The translations under genes and the position numbers were made by a program. The notes beneath the pieces are model-generated. The model saw nothing but the letters and a program-made list of their open reading frames with translations, searched no databases and was not told the DNA's origin. From assembly GCA_963827275.1 (NCBI GenBank), contig CAWHAA010000005.1, positions 608,001-672,000 on the forward strand: 64,000 nucleotides of DNA. The letters run 5' to 3'. Shown here piece by piece: positions 62,598 to 64,000 of the stretch. The DNA comes from an uncultured Spirochaetota bacterium (GTDB lineage Bacteria; Spirochaetota; UBA4802; UBA5550). Every line of letters starts with the position of its first letter. Position 1 is the first letter of the stretch.

Positions 62598-64000
62598 TCA
62601 GGCATTGCCGTCGATAAATTCCTTCCTGATCATGACGCGGACGGTAAATCCCCGGCCGCCGGTATGAAACGAGCAGGAACCGCCGATGATCCCCGCCCGG
62701 TACCGCATGATCCGCAGCCCGATCCCCTTGCTCTCATCGAACGTATCCGCCGCTCCCGAGCCGTTATCGTGGACCTCGAGATAGAGATGGTCCGTATCAT
62801 CGGCAAGGCGGATCTCTATCCGGTCCGCCTTACCGTGCTTGATGGCGTTATTGATCGACTCCCGCGCGATGAAGTAGAGGTTGGTCACCACCGCGCCGTT
62901 GGTCACCGGCCCGGAGATGCCGCTGTCAAGCGTGCAGGTTATGCCGAAGAGGTCCTCGGTGTCCTCGGCCAGCTCGCGCAGCGCGCGCCGGACGTCATGC
63001 GACTCAAGACGCGTCGTCCAGAGTCCCCGCGATATCTTACGCGCATCGTCGATGGATTCCGCGATATTGGCGCTGATCTCCTCGACATCCGCCAGCTCCG
63101 GGTAATTCTTTTCCCGCATGGAGCGCTTCAGCGCCTCTGCCAGGAACCCGATGCCGGTCAGCTTCTGGCCCAGGCCGTCGTGCAGGTCCTGTCCGATCCG
63201 CTTCCGCTCGAGCTCGCTGATCTCCATGATCTCTTTCTGGAGGCGCCTCGTCTCCGTGATGTCGTGCGAGAAAACGGCCAGCTTGGTGACGACCCCCCGG
63301 GAATCGGTAACGGGGTACATGATCGTGTCATACCAGCTCCTGCCGATCCGGTGCTCGAAGCGGACCGCCTTGCCCGAACGCTCCACCGCGTCCATCTTTT
63401 CCCTGTAGCGGCCGGCATCGGCCTCCCTGATATAATCGAACATCGACCGGCCGATGACCTCCGACCTTCGGCCTGGCAAGCCTCTTTTCCAGCTCGGCAT
63501 TCAGGTCGATGACGGTGCCGTCGGCGGACACCAGGAACACCGGCTCGCTCGGCGAATTGATGAGGGCGCGCGCGACCTCCTCGCCCTCCCGGAGCAGGAG
63601 CTCCGCCTTCTTCCTCTCCTCGATTTCGCTCCGAAGCTTCGCGGTCCGCTCCCGGACGCGCTGCTCGAGCAGCTCGTTCGCTTCCGTGAGCGCACGCTCG
63701 TAATTCTGCCGCTGCAGGGTCAGGGCGTAGAGGTCGGCGATTCGGCGCGCCGTTTCAAGGTCACGCTCCGTGTAGTCATGGGGCGCGTTCGCCAGCGCGA
63801 TCTGGCCGAGGAGCGTATCACCGACCACGGCCGGGACCGACAGGAAATTTTTAAGATGGACATGGCCGGCGGGAACACCGCTGGACGCCGTGTGCCCGCC
63901 GGGAGAATTCGTGTAAAACGGCCTCAGCGTGTTGAGCGAATGTCCCCAGAGCCCGCCGTAGGCGCCGTCGGCCCCGGCGGGAAACCTGACCAGGTCGTGG
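62598..64000 (-). CDS. GAF-PAS-PAS HisKA_3 histidine kinase; 5' end outside the window, frameshift near 63467
   Basis: ERKRIGQDLHDGLGQ, ESINNAIKHG, DNGSG, GIGL.IM..RA; GAF LGQIALAN; the frames join by removing one A. Confidence 0.88.

Overview
A 64-kb bacterial chromosomal window, mostly GC-rich, with AT-rich intergenic regions and a few AT-rich genes. The gene content suggests an anaerobic Spirochaetota member related to the Leptospirae (inference from a DUF1564-like gene, 7TM-DISM-PAS-HATPase proteins, the bactofilin-yaaR-holB-PSP1-metG block and spirochaete-type lipoproteins). It carries housekeeping genes (mtaB, holB, metG, DEAD-box helicase, dapL, hisD, UbiE/MenG-type methyltransferase), a paaK-ACT-iorAB cluster, a TetR/FadL/galK/GH36/GH1/MFS/GH13 locus that may scavenge glycolipids, and a surface-protein island at about 46.0-55.0 kb. 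I found no rRNA, tRNA, CRISPR array or transposase. Four signals stand out. (1) A two-part dispersed repeat, GGGGTCAGAGTAA plus the near-palindrome CCGATA-AC-TATCGG, occurs singly, in clusters, as a 42-bp tandem array, and both upstream of and inside an AT-rich DUF1564-like gene. (2) Near-identical ~225-bp terminator+promoter spacers separate divergent surface-protein genes, one of which changes base composition at a conserved domain junction. (3) A Cys-containing C-terminal anchor mirrors the N-terminal signature of neighbouring lipoproteins. (4) A PTS EIIA domain is fused to a C4 zinc ribbon. At least eleven frameshifts, two in metG, are all single-base insertions and are most likely sequencing errors. 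All family assignments come from motifs recognised by eye, not database searches.
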